IMG/VR virus record: IMGVR_UViG_2711768060_000006
Strand: one strand, 5' to 3'
DNA from: a virus
Taxonomy: Duplodnaviria > Heunggongvirae > Uroviricota > Caudoviricetes
Length of the DNA stretch: 6,207 nt
Shown here: positions 1-6,207 of the stretch, piece by piece
How the letters are laid out: each line of letters opens with the position of its first letter
Numbering within the stretch: position 1 is the first letter of the stretch
Translations under genes and position numbers: made by a program
Notes under the pieces: model-generated
What the model was told of the DNA's origin: nothing
The model's database searches: none
Seen by the model: the letters and a program-made list of their open reading frames with translations, nothing else

Positions 1-235
<235 letters not shown>

Positions 236-236
236 C

Positions 237-295
<59 letters not shown>

Positions 296-417
296 GCAGA
301 TCACATCAGGTTATGTTTCGTTTGTCATCAACCTCAAATTATCAATATAATTCATTTTATTTCAATAAGATAGATAATCACACCTGAGAGAACTATTCTC
401 TTGTCTCCTAAGAGTTG

Positions 418-446
418 TTGCATTTTGTCATATGTTACAATATAAC
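418..446 (+). promoter_or_regulatory. Putative sigma70 promoter of zinT
   Basis: -35 TTGCAT at 418-423, 17-bp spacer, -10 TATAAC at 441-446; located about 40 nt upstream of the zinT start and overlapped by the Zur palindrome. Confidence 0.5.
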
Positions 447-452
447 ATTACA
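428..452. promoter_or_regulatory. Zur box (zinc uptake regulator operator) overlapping the zinT -10
   Basis: Palindrome ATGTTA-caata-TAACAT at 432-448 (atgttacaatataacat), matching the core of the Zur operator consensus (GAAATGTTATAnTATAACATTTC) and placed directly upstream of zinT, a known Zur-regulon gene. Confidence 0.75.
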
Positions 453-484
453 TATCATATACAATGACTCTGGAGGAAACTGTT

Positions 485-1135
485 TTGGCGATTCGTCTTC
501 ACAAACTGGCTGTTGCTTTAGGTGTCTTTATTGTTAGCGCTCCTGCTTTTTCGCATGGTCATCACTCACACGGCAAACCCTTAACAGAGGTCGAACAAAA
601 AGCTGCTAATGGTGTTTTTGATGATGCCAATGTACAAAACCGAAAGCTCAGTGACTGGGATGGAGTCTGGCAATCCGTTTATCCTTTACTGCAAAGTGGC
701 AAACTTGACCCTGTATTTCAGAAGAAAGCGGATGCAGATAAAACTAAAACATTTGCTGAAATTAAAGATTATTATCACAAAGGTTATGCAACAGATATCG
801 AGATGATTGGCATTGAGGACGGCATTGTTGAATTCCATAGAAATAATGAAACAACATCCTGTAAATATGATTACGATGGATACAAAATACTCACCTATAA
901 ATCAGGCAAGAAAGGCGTTCGTTACTTATTCGAATGTAAAGATCCTGAAAGCAAAGCCCCTAAATATATACAATTTAGTGATCATATAATTGCACCACGA
1001 AAATCATCTCATTTTCACATTTTTATGGGTAATGATTCACAGCAATCTTTATTAAATGAAATGGAAAACTGGCCAACGTATTATCCATATCAGTTGAGTA
1101 GCGAAGAAGTGGTCGAGGAAATGATGTCTCATTGA
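485..1135 (+). CDS. zinT: ZinT (YodA) periplasmic zinc/cadmium-binding protein
   Basis: The translation matches ZinT/YodA over its full length as I recall it: signal peptide followed by the His-rich [24 protein letters not shown] stretch and the C-terminal ...[17 protein letters not shown]. Start chosen as TTG at 485 (216 aa) because GGAGG at 472-476 sits 8 nt upstream; the ORF-track ATG at 464 has no Shine-Dalgarno and would add 7 residues. Confidence 0.9.
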   Translation: MAIRLHKLAVALGVFIVSAPAFSHGHHSHGKPLTEVEQKAANGVFDDANVQNRKLSDWDGVWQSVYPLLQSGKLDPVFQKKADADKTKTFAEIKDYYHKGYATDIEMIGIEDGIVEFHRNNETTSCKYDYDGYKILTYKSGKKGVRYLFECKDPESKAPKYIQFSDHIIAPRKSSHFHIFMGNDSQQSLLNEMENWPTYYPYQLSSEEVVEEMMSH

Positions 1136-1477
1136 GTATTCTCATGATAACGCCTCGATGCCGCTTTAGTAAGTCATCATAACTGCCACTGGTCCATCCA
1201 CAAACGCCACTGAACGCAAGCTAGCTACAGACACGCTCATCACTATGACGTGTCTGTATATTAATAAGCTAACCCGCATTGAGTTAACCAATAACGGATT
1301 CCATACACAATACGGCCAACAGAGAAAGATACCTGTGCTCACGCCATTGCTTATATTGGCTGGTTACAATGTGCACTATCAATTTTTTAAATAACAAATT
1401 CTTAAAACCACATCTGTATAAGGATTTTTTAAGGTTCGTGGGATAGCTTGACTGTAAAAATTACAGGAGCTACAAAA

Positions 1478-2008
1478 ATGAACCGATTCTCAAAAACTCA
1501 AATTTATTTACATTGGATAACGCTGCTTTTCGTTGCAATAACCTATGCCGCGATGGAACTCCGTGGCTGGTTTCCTAAAGGTAGTAGTACTTATCTGCTG
1601 ATGCGAGAAACACATTACAATGCGGGTATATTCGTTTGGGTGTTAATGTTTTCACGCCTGATTATAAAACACCGTTATAGTGATCCTTCTATTGTGCCAC
1701 CGCCACCTGCCTGGCAAATGAAAGCGGCTTCGCTAATGCACATCATGCTTTATATAACCTTCCTTGCACTTCCTCTGCTGGGGATTGCTTTGATGGCTTA
1801 CAGTGGAAAATCGTGGAGTTTCCTTGGTTTCAATGTGTCTCCCTTTGTTACCCCAAACAGCGAAATTAAAGCACTGATAAAAAATATTCACGAAACCTGG
1901 GCAAATATAGGTTACTTTTTAATCGCAGCTCACGCTGGCGCAGCACTCTTTCATCACTACATTCAGAAAGATAATACTCTGTTACGAATGATGCCTCGCC
2001 GCAAATAA
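1478..2008 (+). CDS. yodB: YodB, cytochrome b561-family inner-membrane protein
   Basis: 176-aa product MNRFSKTQIYLHWITLLFVAITYAAMEL... with several hydrophobic helices and conserved His residues, typical of the cytochrome b561 / Ni-hydrogenase cytochrome b family; immediately downstream of zinT as in E. coli. ATG at 1478 is preceded by AGGAG at 1465-1469; the ORF-track TTG at 1448 is an upstream in-frame alternative without an RBS. Confidence 0.88.
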   Translation: MNRFSKTQIYLHWITLLFVAITYAAMELRGWFPKGSSTYLLMRETHYNAGIFVWVLMFSRLIIKHRYSDPSIVPPPPAWQMKAASLMHIMLYITFLALPLLGIALMAYSGKSWSFLGFNVSPFVTPNSEIKALIKNIHETWANIGYFLIAAHAGAALFHHYIQKDNTLLRMMPRRK

Positions 2009-2257
2009 GTCGATCCCCTGACAAGGAAATGTGAACCATGGACATCAACGCGTCATAAATGTTTACGCAAGTGCACAATGCACCCTTTCCACTATCAACA
2101 AGGAGGAGCAGAAACTGTGTAAATCGTACAATGGTAAGACTTATCAAAAATACAGGTTAATTTTGGTATTTAAACCTTTTTTACTTGTTAGTATGATACA
2201 AAGGCTTTCAAAAAAGCTGGGAAATTCAACAACTCTTGGAAATTATGGACTTTGTCC

Positions 2258-2291
2258 CGCGGCTTTAATCTGACGGCCGCGTTCCTTTTTT
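2258..2291 (+). terminator. Putative rho-independent terminator in the yodB-tRNA intergenic region
   Basis: Stem cgcggc(2258-2263)/gccgcg(2276-2281) with a 12-nt loop, followed by ttccttttttg (2282-2292). Lies about 250 nt downstream of the yodB stop. Confidence 0.4.
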
Positions 2292-2577
2292 GACTCAATT
2301 ATTGACCCCTTCTCTACGCAACTTCAGTTCCCACCACCAACTTTGCGGCAGTTTCATAGGATGAATGTCTAAAAGAATAATGGTGAGCGATAAGAAAACG
2401 ACTGAATAACTGCACATTTTCGCTCGAAAGCTTCCTGTCAGATCCATAGCGAATCAAGTGCTGAATGTCACAGTATCGAACAGAAAACAGTGACGATCTA
2501 ACCCTTCAAGAATATTCTACGATTGTTCTGTTTAGGAAAAGCAAGGCGGGAAGTCGGGAGATAAGTCATTGATAAAG

Positions 2578-2639
2578 TGGCGGAGAGAGGGGGATTTGAA
2601 CCCCCGGTAGAGTTGCCCCTACTCCGGTTTTCGAGACCG
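2578..2639 (-). other. Truncated tRNA-Ser(CGA) (serU-type) 3' portion, 62 nt: anticodon stem-loop through CCA; putative attachment-site core (attL) of the adjacent P2-like element
   Basis: The reverse complement of 2578-2639 reads cggtctCGAaaaccgg-agtaggggcaactctac-cgggggttcaaatccccc-tctctcc-g-cca: anticodon loop with CGA, long type-II variable arm, T-arm GGTTCAAATCC, 3' acceptor strand and CCA. The 28 nt that should hold the 5' acceptor strand and D-arm (2640-2667 = atgatatagagtcgaaaaaacaaagagt) cannot pair with the acceptor 3' strand, so the gene is not intact here. Confidence 0.8.
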
Positions 2640-2938
2640 ATGATATAGAGTCGAAAAAACAAAGAGTTAATAATTTTTCTTGGAATAAATGTCTTAAAAT
2701 CGTACACAAAAAATCAATGAATTACATAACATTAAAGAAGAATATTCCAAGCCTTCTTGAGTCCACCACCTGTTTTCAGGTGTCATTCAGACGTGATTTG
2801 CCCCAGATTGGGAAAGCACGCTTTTTTCTCAGCTTATTCCGTTTTGCCTGTGTGTTGAATAATTCCACTGCAGTTATATAAAATCGGTAACGGCTGGAAA
2901 TCATTCAATACTCGCACTATCGAACGTTCACCAGCCAG

Positions 2939-2971
2939 CCGCGACACGTTCTCTCAGTTAACGTGTCGCGG
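2939..2971. repeat. Perfect 12-bp inverted repeat (stem-loop) immediately 3' of the 131-aa gene
   Basis: ccgcgacacgtt(2939-2950) - 9-nt loop ctctcagtt - aacgtgtcgcgg(2960-2971); on the + strand it is followed by tttctatt. The stop codon of the - strand 131-aa gene (2978-2980) is 6 nt away. Could be the late-operon terminator or a protein-binding palindrome. Confidence 0.45.
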
Positions 2972-2977
2972 TTTCTA

Positions 2978-3373
2978 TTACTCCAGCCTGAAATCCCTAA
3001 TCGACTTCAAATCCTCCAGGTTATTCAGTTCTTCCTTCATCTCCCGCTGACGCTGATAAATCTCGTTGTTGCGATCGACCTGCGCATGCGCCACCATTTC
3101 CTCAAAGCGTTTCACTACATCCGGCTTTAAATCGCCTTCATCAAGGGCAGTCAGAAAATCGTTCAGCGTGCCGGACCTGGAGTCGTCGTAAACCGAAATA
3201 TCACCGACACAATATTCTCTTTCAATACACGACCGAAGATAAACATCATATCTTCCGGTCTGTGCTTCAAAAGCATATTCTCCCGTCGGCCCTGTCACCA
3301 CTGTAGCCACCGTTCTCATGACCACTGCAGATGTATTCTGCCGGGCTTTCAGAATAATATGGTATCCGGACAT
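2978..3373 (-). CDS. Hypothetical protein, 131 aa, family not recognised; occupies the position between tail gene D and the attachment site
   Basis: ATG at 3371-3373 preceded by AGGA 6 nt upstream, 15 nt after the D stop and in the same frame. Product MSGYHIILKARQNTSAVVMRTVATVVTGPTGEYAFEAQ... has a beta-rich-looking N-terminal half and an acidic, probably coiled-coil C-terminal tail (EEMVAHAQVDRNNEIYQRQREMKEELNNLEDLKSIRDFRLE). Only two Cys, so it is not an Ogr/Delta zinc finger. Confidence 0.65.
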   Translation of the reverse strand: MSGYHIILKARQNTSAVVMRTVATVVTGPTGEYAFEAQTGRYDVYLRSCIEREYCVGDISVYDDSRSGTLNDFLTALDEGDLKPDVVKRFEEMVAHAQVDRNNEIYQRQREMKEELNNLEDLKSIRDFRLE

Positions 3374-3388
3374 GGGGAGTCCTGCACA

Positions 3389-4489
3389 TTAACCAAAATA
3401 ATTCACGCCCTTTTTATCCGCTTTCTTCTTCCCTGATGCCTGTCCTTTCGCGGAAATATCCGTGGCCAGCGACAGATTCAGCGTAAATCCCTGCCCCGGT
3501 GCCAGTGAAAACTCCACCGACTCAGCCTGCCAGTTATGATCTTCCCGTACCCCAAATCCCTGCGTGATAAAACGCATTTCCGCCCCAGCTTTCAGCAGTG
3601 CTGGTCTGCAGGGCAACGTTATCGTCATCTGGCGTCCGGCTTTCTGCACACGTTTAACCTTAGAGTCTGCGCAGTGTTTTGCTGTATCCTGATCCGGCTG
3701 AGTGAATGGATGTCGCTTGTCTGTGGACTCCACATCCACTTTAACTTCACGCGTGCGTCCGTCACGGGTATCAAAATACCGGACACCCACTTTCCCTTTT
3801 TTTGTTGTTCCTTTTCCGCCTCCGGATGCTCCCTGCCGCTCCCCCTCCCGGTAATCCCAGTCTGATACCATATCCGGTGTGATGGTCATTACAGGCGCAT
3901 CCCTGCCGCCTGCGCTCTGTGATGCGCCATACTCCAGAAATAACCAGTAGCCGTTCGTCGGTTTACTGGTGGCACCATACATACCTGCAAGCCGGGACAG
4001 CAGGGACGCATCCGATTCAGATGACTGCATCACCCACGGGATACGAATTTTTGCCAGCGCCGGTGAGACCCGCGCCACCAGATTATTTTCAGTGGCGATC
4101 GTTTTCACCAGGTCGCCCAGTGTGATATCGCTGAACGCGCGGGTTTTCAGTGCGGTCACGTCTGCGCCATGTTTTGACGCATTCATGGGGGCTGCGGTGG
4201 CATAAATGGTTATCCGGCGGGGAGGGCCACCGCTTGCCACCTGGCAGACTGTAAAACTGCCTTTATTCACCAGATTTCCGTTAAATCCCAGCCCCAGCGT
4301 CAATACCGCGCCTTTCGGCGGCAACGCCATCTTCTCACTGAACAGCGTTATCATCAGTTCATCGGCCCGCTTTGTGGCCGCACCATTATCGGTATAACGC
4401 AGTTCAGCCAGCCCCCGCTTTATGGCCTTCGTGATATCCTCACCCTCTGCTGTCAGGCTGAAATCCGGCTGATACTCATTCAGTCCCAT
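3389..4489 (-). CDS. D: Phage late control gene D protein (P2 gpD family tail protein)
   Basis: 366-aa product with the gpD-family architecture (N-terminal ...PDFSLTAEGEDITKAI..., Gly/Lys-rich middle, C-terminal ...ITLPCRPALLKAGAEMRFITQGFG...). Strong RBS AAGGAGG upstream of the ATG at 4487-4489; sits downstream of U and X as in P2-like tail modules. Confidence 0.88.
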   Translation of the reverse strand: MGLNEYQPDFSLTAEGEDITKAIKRGLAELRYTDNGAATKRADELMITLFSEKMALPPKGAVLTLGLGFNGNLVNKGSFTVCQVASGGPPRRITIYATAAPMNASKHGADVTALKTRAFSDITLGDLVKTIATENNLVARVSPALAKIRIPWVMQSSESDASLLSRLAGMYGATSKPTNGYWLFLEYGASQSAGGRDAPVMTITPDMVSDWDYREGERQGASGGGKGTTKKGKVGVRYFDTRDGRTREVKVDVESTDKRHPFTQPDQDTAKHCADSKVKRVQKAGRQMTITLPCRPALLKAGAEMRFITQGFGVREDHNWQAESVEFSLAPGQGFTLNLSLATDISAKGQASGKKKADKKGVNYFG

Positions 4490-4698
4490 AACTGAAACGC
4501 CTCCTTTTCCTCCGGTTCATACACCCAGTCCGGCAACACGATTTCCACACCTGCCGGATAGACCGGACCAAGGTCAGCCAGTCCGGGATTAGCCTCCAGC
4601 ACCGCCGCCAGTGACTGGTTAAGTCCGGCGCTGCCATAGTGTCTCTGACAGATATCATCCAGCATATCGCCGTCAGTGGTCCGCCAGTTTTTCGCCAT
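4480..4698 (-). CDS. X: Phage tail protein X (P2 gpX family, LysM-like)
   Basis: 72-aa product MAKNWRTTDGDMLDDICQRHYG...LEANPGLADLGPVYPAGVEIVLPD follows the gpX pattern (GDTLDxIC..YYG...ANPGLAxLG...G..i.LP) as I recall it. Start overlaps the 3' end of U by 26 nt; stop overlaps the D start by 10 nt. Confidence 0.8.
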   Translation of the reverse strand: MAKNWRTTDGDMLDDICQRHYGSAGLNQSLAAVLEANPGLADLGPVYPAGVEIVLPDWVYEPEEKEAFQLWD

Positions 4699-5167
4699 AG
4701 TATTTCAGCTCCAGTGTGAACGTTTTGTTCTTCGGCGCACCGCCGGGAAGAAAGGACGTGGTGTTATCTGAATAAGCGGTTGCCACGAAATACCCCATCA
4801 CATCACCTGTGCTCGAGACCAGAAGATGCGGGGCCGGATTGTCATCCACCATCTGAACCAGTGTATCAAGGGCATCCATTCCCACACCGTCACGAAATCC
4901 CGCGTGCGCCATACCTTCAAGGGTTATTGTTCTGGCCCCCTTGCCGGTATACTGCAGCAGGTCGTTTTTTCCGATAAGCTGTTGTTCATCCCATCGCCAT
5001 TCCATCGTGCGCTTCATGGCGTTATAAGCAGCAGTATCAATACTGAATTCAAACTCACCAAACGACAGCATGACGCGGGAGGCGACATCCGTTAATGATC
5101 CCACCGCGTCCCATGCTTCACGCTCAAGCCGGTTTACGCCCCAGCCTGGCAAATCCACCATCTTCAC
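4673..5167 (-). CDS. U: Phage tail protein U (P2 gpU family)
   Basis: 164-aa product with gpU-family motifs (...FEFSIDTAAYNAMKRTMEWRWDEQQLIGKNDLLQYTGKGARTITLEG...). The GTG start at 5165-5167 overlaps the T stop (GTGA); the first ATG is two codons in, at 5159-5161. Confidence 0.82.
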   Translation of the reverse strand: MKMVDLPGWGVNRLEREAWDAVGSLTDVASRVMLSFGEFEFSIDTAAYNAMKRTMEWRWDEQQLIGKNDLLQYTGKGARTITLEGMAHAGFRDGVGMDALDTLVQMVDDNPAPHLLVSSTGDVMGYFVATAYSDNTTSFLPGGAPKNKTFTLELKYYGEKLADH

Positions 5168-6207
5168 CCCCAGAATGCATCACCATCGGTCATGCGGGAA
5201 CGCTGACCAAAATTAATATCTCCCAGATTTTTCGTTACCCTGTCTGCCAGTTGTCCGGCATCCTCGCCGGGCTTCTGAGTGATGTTAAATTCCGCCCGTA
5301 TCTGATATGTGGGTTTTACTTCCACCTGGCTGACACTGCCGGGTGTATACTGAAGAGCTGAGAGGGGATCCGAATTACCCTGCCCCGGATCTGCTGCATG
5401 AAGTCCGTCAATGTAGGTGCGGGATTTCTCTTTTATCGCCTTAAAATCAGGTTCTTCTTTCGGCCCCAGCAGAGGGTCGAGAAATGCATCAAACTTTTTA
5501 TCGTCATGATTCCAGGGGAGATAACCGCGGGTGTCTTTATAAGCCTGTACAACCTGTTTCGTCAGGTCCGGATTTTGCCTGAGCAGTTCATCAAACCATT
5601 CTCCCTGGCCGTTTTTCTGCGCCACCGCTCTCGCCAGCTCCGGCGCCCCCATTTTTGCCAGATATTCCAGTACCTCTCGCCGGTCCTGACGCGGATCATC
5701 TGCCAGCCCCCACTCAATGGCTTTCTGCGTTATTCCAGCCAGAACTTTTCCAAATTTCCACATCCAGGCAGCCATGTCGATCAGCGCCGGCAGGGCATCA
5801 TCACGAATAAATGCCCGGATTTTTTCCAGCCCACCATTCTTAAACCAGGCCGCAAGGTCATCCGTCACCTGTTGAATATGTGGGGCAAGTTCATTACCCA
5901 GCTGCCCGCTGATTTCATCAATGGAAGAACTCAGAACATTACGGAGATTTGACAGTGCCACATGTCCCTGAACTGCGCCATCAGCCCCTGCCTTTGTCAC
6001 CAGGTTATAGCGTTTCTGCTCACTGATAAGCTCCCGGTAAGTTTTCCCTGACAGACGCATCCAGGTCAGAATTTTATTGGCCTCACCACCGAACAACGCA
6101 TCTGCCATCCCGGCTGCCTGCTGCTCATTCTCCACCTGCAGTAAGCGATCAAACAAAAGTTCGACCTGCTCCTGGTTGTTTTTTCCGGCCATCACCCCGG
6201 CTTTCAG
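5164..6207 (-). CDS. T: Phage tail tape measure protein, C-terminal part (P2 gpT-like); 5' end lies beyond the window
   Basis: Reading frame open from the right window edge to TGA at 5164-5166; at least 347 codons in window. Product is a large, helix-rich, Ala/Gln/Leu-rich protein immediately upstream of U, the expected position of the tape measure. The ORF-track start at 6195 is only the first in-window start codon. Confidence 0.82.
   Translation of the reverse strand: MKAGVMAGKNNQEQVELLFDRLLQVENEQQAAGMADALFGGEANKILTWMRLSGKTYRELISEQKRYNLVTKAGADGAVQGHVALSNLRNVLSSSIDEISGQLGNELAPHIQQVTDDLAAWFKNGGLEKIRAFIRDDALPALIDMAAWMWKFGKVLAGITQKAIEWGLADDPRQDRREVLEYLAKMGAPELARAVAQKNGQGEWFDELLRQNPDLTKQVVQAYKDTRGYLPWNHDDKKFDAFLDPLLGPKEEPDFKAIKEKSRTYIDGLHAADPGQGNSDPLSALQYTPGSVSQVEVKPTYQIRAEFNITQKPGEDAGQLADRVTKNLGDINFGQRSRMTDGDAFWG

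Larger units (their letters stand above)
2578..6207. mobile_element. Left end of a P2-like prophage or tailocin-like element integrated at tRNA-Ser (continues beyond the window)
   Basis: Partial tRNA core at 2578-2639, an AT-rich non-coding arm at 2640-2977, then a co-oriented cluster on the - strand: tape measure T, U, X, D and one unrecognised gene. The T-U-X-D order matches P2-family tail modules and R-type pyocins. Confidence 0.75.

Noticed and set aside
609-989. Two + strand ORFs (609-806 and 807-989) inside zinT in other frames
   Set aside because: Fully contained within the well-supported zinT frame; alternative-frame artefacts in AT-rich sequence.
1228-1256. 8-bp inverted repeat cagacacg/cgtgtctg after zinT as a terminator
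   Set aside because: The loop is 13 nt and there is no clear T-tract; too weak to call a terminator, though it may contribute to zinT 3'-end formation.
1866-2147. 93-aa ORF on the - strand overlapping the yodB 3' end
   Set aside because: Antisense to yodB with no RBS; likely spurious.
2578-2667. Full-length tRNA-Ser gene on the - strand
   Set aside because: Only the 3' 62 nt are tRNA-like. The 28 nt where the 5' acceptor strand and D-arm should be cannot pair with the 3' acceptor strand, so it is a truncated att-core copy, not a functional tRNA gene.
2498-2707. 69-aa ORF on the - strand
   Set aside because: Runs straight through the tRNA-Ser core sequence; its translation is low-complexity; not a plausible gene.
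2717-2887. 56-codon ORF on the + strand inside the putative att arm
   Set aside because: No Shine-Dalgarno sequence and AT-rich, low-complexity translation; more likely non-coding arm DNA.
3536-4397. Four + strand ORFs (109, 68, 78 and 63 aa) across gene D
   Set aside because: All antisense to the strongly supported D frame, with Pro/Ser/Arg-rich translations typical of shadow frames in GC-rich coding DNA.
4476-4658. 60-aa ORF on the - strand in an alternative frame of gene X
   Set aside because: Overlaps X in another frame; Arg/Cys/Trp-rich translation typical of an out-of-frame artefact.
4780-5952. Four + strand ORFs (65, 89, 88 and 184 aa) across U and the tape measure gene
   Set aside because: Antisense to U and T; the 184-aa ORF in particular mirrors the tape measure frame and has an Arg/Phe/Leu-rich composition typical of antisense frames.

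Overview
This window reads as an Escherichia/Shigella-type chromosomal segment holding two separate mobile-DNA junctions around a conserved core locus. (1) Positions 1-186 are the 3' end of an IS110-family transposase/recombinase gene, followed by a short structured non-coding IS end (to about position 293, boundary uncertain). (2) The core genes zinT (485-1135, with a Zur-box promoter) and yodB (1478-2008) follow on the + strand. (3) At 2578-2639 on the - strand lies only the 3' 62 nt of a tRNA-Ser(CGA) gene; the 5' acceptor strand and D-arm are absent. That is the signature of an integration-site core repeat, and everything to its right is a P2-like phage tail module on the - strand: tape measure T (partial), U, X, D, then an unrecognised 131-aa gene where P2 carries ogr. 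The most interesting candidates are that orphan 131-aa gene beside the attachment site and the IS110-family element (bridge-RNA recombinase family) upstream of the zinT promoter. All protein calls rest on recalled family similarity and motif reading, not on database searches.
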